Below, piece after piece: positions 61,721-64,000 of a DNA stretch of 64,000 bases. The DNA comes from Bacteroidales bacterium. Its GTDB lineage: Bacteria > Bacteroidota > Bacteroidia > Bacteroidales > WCHB1-69. Numbering within the stretch: the first letter of the stretch is position 1; each line of letters begins with the position of its first letter. Location: contig JAGCCZ010000062.1 of the NCBI GenBank assembly GCA_017651425.1, positions 24,564 to 88,563 on the forward strand, given 5' to 3'. The notes below the pieces were generated by a model that ran no database searches, was not told the origin of the DNA, and was given only the letters and a program-made list of their open reading frames with translations. Position numbers and translations under genes: made by a program.

Positions 61721-62914
61721 ATGAACCGTACCATCATCACCGCAATCCTGCTGCTGCCACTGTTAGCGTGGGCTCAGCCCAAGGGCCACTTCGCCTCGCG
61801 CATCTTCCCAAGAAATGCCATGTCATCTCCTGATCCGAAGAATGATTATCAGTGGAAGATGATTAGCTTCTACACCGACGACTACTACCAGATCTGTAAC
61901 TTCTCATACGATGCCGACCATCGACTCTTGGCGATGTCCGACTCCATCTATGGCGAGTACAACGTTATTGACTCCATGAGTTACGATGCCGCGGGCAACT
62001 TGGTACGCCTGTCGGGTTGGCAAGTATTGGACGGGGTTAGGCAGAATGTATATTACATCGACTACACCTACAATGCCGCGGGGCTGATCACCTCGAGAAG
62101 CAACTACAACAATTTCGGTGGCAACTGGGAATTGGGCGGCATCTACCACTACACCTACAACGCGCAGAACCAACTGGTGCTCACTACCTTGGGTTTTGCT
62201 GGGATGCTGTATCAGAAGATTGAATATCAGTATGTGGGCAACGACTGCGTTCAGGAGTTGTGGTACGACTACAGCTTTGACACGGGCACGTTGTTCCCGT
62301 CGGAGAAGATCGTGACGAGCTATGCGGACGGCCACAAGGTGCTGGTGCTGGACAGCGTGAGCGACGACGGCACCTATTGGCAGTACAACGGCAAGTTCAC
62401 CTATCTGTATGACAACAGCGGCAACTGTACGGAGTATCACCATTATGATGGGACGAACAATGAAGTTGAACGCAGCCTTTACACCTACTCCCCTTCTATG
62501 CCGCTCAGCAGCACGCTTATCCCGTGGAATCCGGAGATGGACCGTCCGCGGATGTACGACAACGTGGACGCCTGCGTGCGCGAGGCCTGGTACAGCTTGG
62601 ATGTGGACCATGTGTTGCAGTATGTGTGCGACTACGTTTACGACTACGCCGACATACATACCTCCGTGCAAAGCCATGATGCCTCGAGGCTTTCCGTGTA
62701 TCCCAACCCAGCCTCGGACCGCATTGTGTTAGACGGCTTGGCGGATGGCGAGGCCGAGGTCCGTGTCCACGACCTCTCGGGCCGTCTCGTGCTCACCCGC
62801 CGCGCTTCTGGCCCCACAGCTCTCCTTGATGTCAGTTCCCTCGCCCCGGGCTGCTATGTGGTAAAAGTGGTGCAGGGGGATGGTGAGAAGGTTGTGAAGG
62901 TGGTGGTGGAGTAG
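61721..62914 (+). CDS. secreted YD-repeat-like protein with T9SS C-terminal sorting domain
   Basis: Signal peptide. Repeated Y.YD..GN / YTYNA.. motifs. C-terminal LSVYPNPASDRIVL...VHDLSGRLV...LDVSSLAPGCYVVKV. Confidence 0.75.
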   Translation: MNRTIITAILLLPLLAWAQPKGHFASRIFPRNAMSSPDPKNDYQWKMISFYTDDYYQICNFSYDADHRLLAMSDSIYGEYNVIDSMSYDAAGNLVRLSGWQVLDGVRQNVYYIDYTYNAAGLITSRSNYNNFGGNWELGGIYHYTYNAQNQLVLTTLGFAGMLYQKIEYQYVGNDCVQELWYDYSFDTGTLFPSEKIVTSYADGHKVLVLDSVSDDGTYWQYNGKFTYLYDNSGNCTEYHHYDGTNNEVERSLYTYSPSMPLSSTLIPWNPEMDRPRMYDNVDACVREAWYSLDVDHVLQYVCDYVYDYADIHTSVQSHDASRLSVYPNPASDRIVLDGLADGEAEVRVHDLSGRLVLTRRASGPTALLDVSSLAPGCYVVKVVQGDGEKVVKVVVE

Positions 62915-63010
62915 GGGAGATCATAAGGGGATGTGTGTATTGCTAAAGTATTAACAATCAAGCATTTATTTTTTTTGTAGTTTTCTTCTTTCAAATGAAA
63001 AGAAAAAAAG

Positions 63011-63018
63011 TATCTTTG
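63011..63018 (+). promoter_or_regulatory. -7 promoter box TATCTTTG
   Basis: 34 nt upstream of the methyltransferase-remnant ATG 63053. Confidence 0.55.
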
Positions 63019-63052
63019 CAGGTTACAATTAGATTGTATATTTTAGCGGAAT

Positions 63053-63217
63053 ATGACGGCATATCAGAAAAATAACAACCACGGATTCAAGGCCATTGAC
63101 TTCTTCTGCGGAGGAGGTGGGATGACGTGTGGGCTGCGGCATGTGGGGATTTCGGATGCGGAGTATTTAGGGGCGTTGAAGGGGTTTTTGATGATGAATT
63201 TGGTAGAGAAAGAGTAA
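63053..63217 (+). pseudogene. N-terminal remnant of a DNA (cytosine-5) methyltransferase
   Basis: 54 codons: MTAYQKNNNHGFKAIDFFCGGGGMTCGLRHVGI (motif I, FxGxG), then unrelated sequence and a stop. It is G+C-rich, unlike the gene that follows. It is below the ORF-track size cut-off. Confidence 0.5.
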
Positions 63218-63219
63218 CT

Positions 63220-64000
63220 ATGGGAGAAGTAAAACATCATAAAAGGCGTGGTAAACTTCCTGAAATTGAAGTAGTTGACCTATTTTGTGGCATAGGCGGT
63301 TTGAGCTACGGTATGAAAACCGCCGGTTTCAACATTCTTGCTGGGTATGATTTGGATTGGACTTGCCAATATGCTTACGAAACAAATACAGGAGGAAAAT
63401 TTTTCTATAAAGATGTGAAAGAGGTAGAGGGTGACGAAATTCAAGCTCTTTATTCAAATAAAAAAAATACCATCCGTGTACTTGCTGGTTGCGCTCCTTG
63501 TCAGCCTTTTTCTACCTATGCACACACAAACAAGCACAAAGATGAAAACAAATACAATCTACTGTATGAGTTTGGCCGGTTAGTGAAACAAGTACATCCT
63601 GATATTGTTACGATGGAAAATGTCCCCGCGATAGCTGCATTTAAACTAAAATCCGTATTGGGCGATTTTGTAAAAGCATTGCAGGATGAAGGTTACCACG
63701 TGAAATATCAAGTTGTCTATTGCCCTGATTACGGCATTCCACAAACTCGAAAACGTTTGGTTTTATTGGCCTCACGTTTAGGGGACATCCAATTGATCTC
63801 TTCTACACACAAAAAAGAAGAATATGTAACTGTTCGTGACACAATCGGAAGCCTTCCTCCATTAAAAGCAGGAGAGTCTTGCCCAACGGATCCTTTACAT
63901 AGATGTAGAGCCTTGTCTGATTTGAATCTGAAACGTATCCAAGCCACGCCATACGGCGGTAGTTGGAAGGATTGGCCCGAAGAATTGCTTTTAGACTGCC
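63220..64000 (+). CDS. DNA (cytosine-5) methyltransferase; 3' end runs off the right edge
   Basis: Hand translation gives motif I DLFCGIGGLSYG, motif IV GCAPCQPFS, motif VI MENVP and motif VIII QTRKRLVLL. It is AT-rich and open to position 64000. Confidence 0.85.
   Translation, partial: MGEVKHHKRRGKLPEIEVVDLFCGIGGLSYGMKTAGFNILAGYDLDWTCQYAYETNTGGKFFYKDVKEVEGDEIQALYSNKKNTIRVLAGCAPCQPFSTYAHTNKHKDENKYNLLYEFGRLVKQVHPDIVTMENVPAIAAFKLKSVLGDFVKALQDEGYHVKYQVVYCPDYGIPQTRKRLVLLASRLGDIQLISSTHKKEEYVTVRDTIGSLPPLKAGESCPTDPLHRCRALSDLNLKRIQATPYGGSWKDWPEELLLDC

Noticed and set aside
58699-62677. ORFs 58699..59391 (+), 60664..61461 (-) and 61904..62677 (-).
   Set aside because: They are shadow ORFs opposite the dipeptidase, htpG and the YD-repeat/T9SS gene.
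1-64000. A scan for rRNA, tRNA, tmRNA, CRISPR arrays, IS elements, integrases and prophage genes.
   Set aside because: No cloverleaf-like sequences turned up in any intergenic gap. No spaced repeats of 24-40 nt were seen. No transposase or recombinase motifs appeared in any ORF. This was an eye scan only, so a tRNA-scanning or covariance-model search could still find something small.

Overview
This is a 64-kb chromosomal window from a Bacteroidota genome, probably Bacteroidales and Prevotella-like. That assignment is an inference from four things: TAnnTTTG -7 promoter boxes in front of most operons, two proteins with T9SS C-terminal sorting domains, a GT3/GT35 glycogen synthase-phosphorylase fusion, and an Rnf complex. 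The backbone is G+C-rich housekeeping DNA. It carries the glycogen enzyme, nadE, sufB, an RND efflux operon, trxB, parC, cytochrome c peroxidase, two FKBP isomerases, nrnA, rnfDGEA, dus, murA, a phosphofructokinase, birA, a VanX/DdpX-type dipeptidase and htpG. Between birA (~35.97 kb) and the dipeptidase (~58.66 kb) lies a visibly AT-richer island of ~22.6 kb. About 20 consecutive ORFs in it (58298 down to 38145) all read on the minus strand, and I saw no integrase, transposase or tRNA at its borders. The island has three modules. (i) A phospho-threonine signalling cassette (Hanks kinase, PP2C, two FHA proteins, HTH) sits directly next to a 1471-aa single-polypeptide SEDS (FtsW/RodA) plus class-B PBP fusion that has a ~290-aa N-terminal periplasmic extension. 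(ii) A radical-SAM/SPASM maturase is preceded by two short Cys-rich (CxxxC-repeat) precursor-like ORFs, one of which is absent from the ORF track. (iii) An out-of-context mraY sits 6 nt downstream of an RNA 2'-phosphotransferase gene, surrounded by four paralogous lipoprotein genes. Other non-coding structure includes a family of CAGTGAA-like heptanucleotide tandem arrays in four intergenic regions, two of which start exactly at a stop codon. There is also a 37-nt stem-loop conserved at two loci just upstream of start codons, a 22-bp perfect palindrome, and a truncated cytosine-methyltransferase remnant followed by an intact AT-rich dcm at the right edge. No rRNA, tRNA, CRISPR array or IS element was recognised. 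All domain calls come from motif reading by eye, not from database searches.
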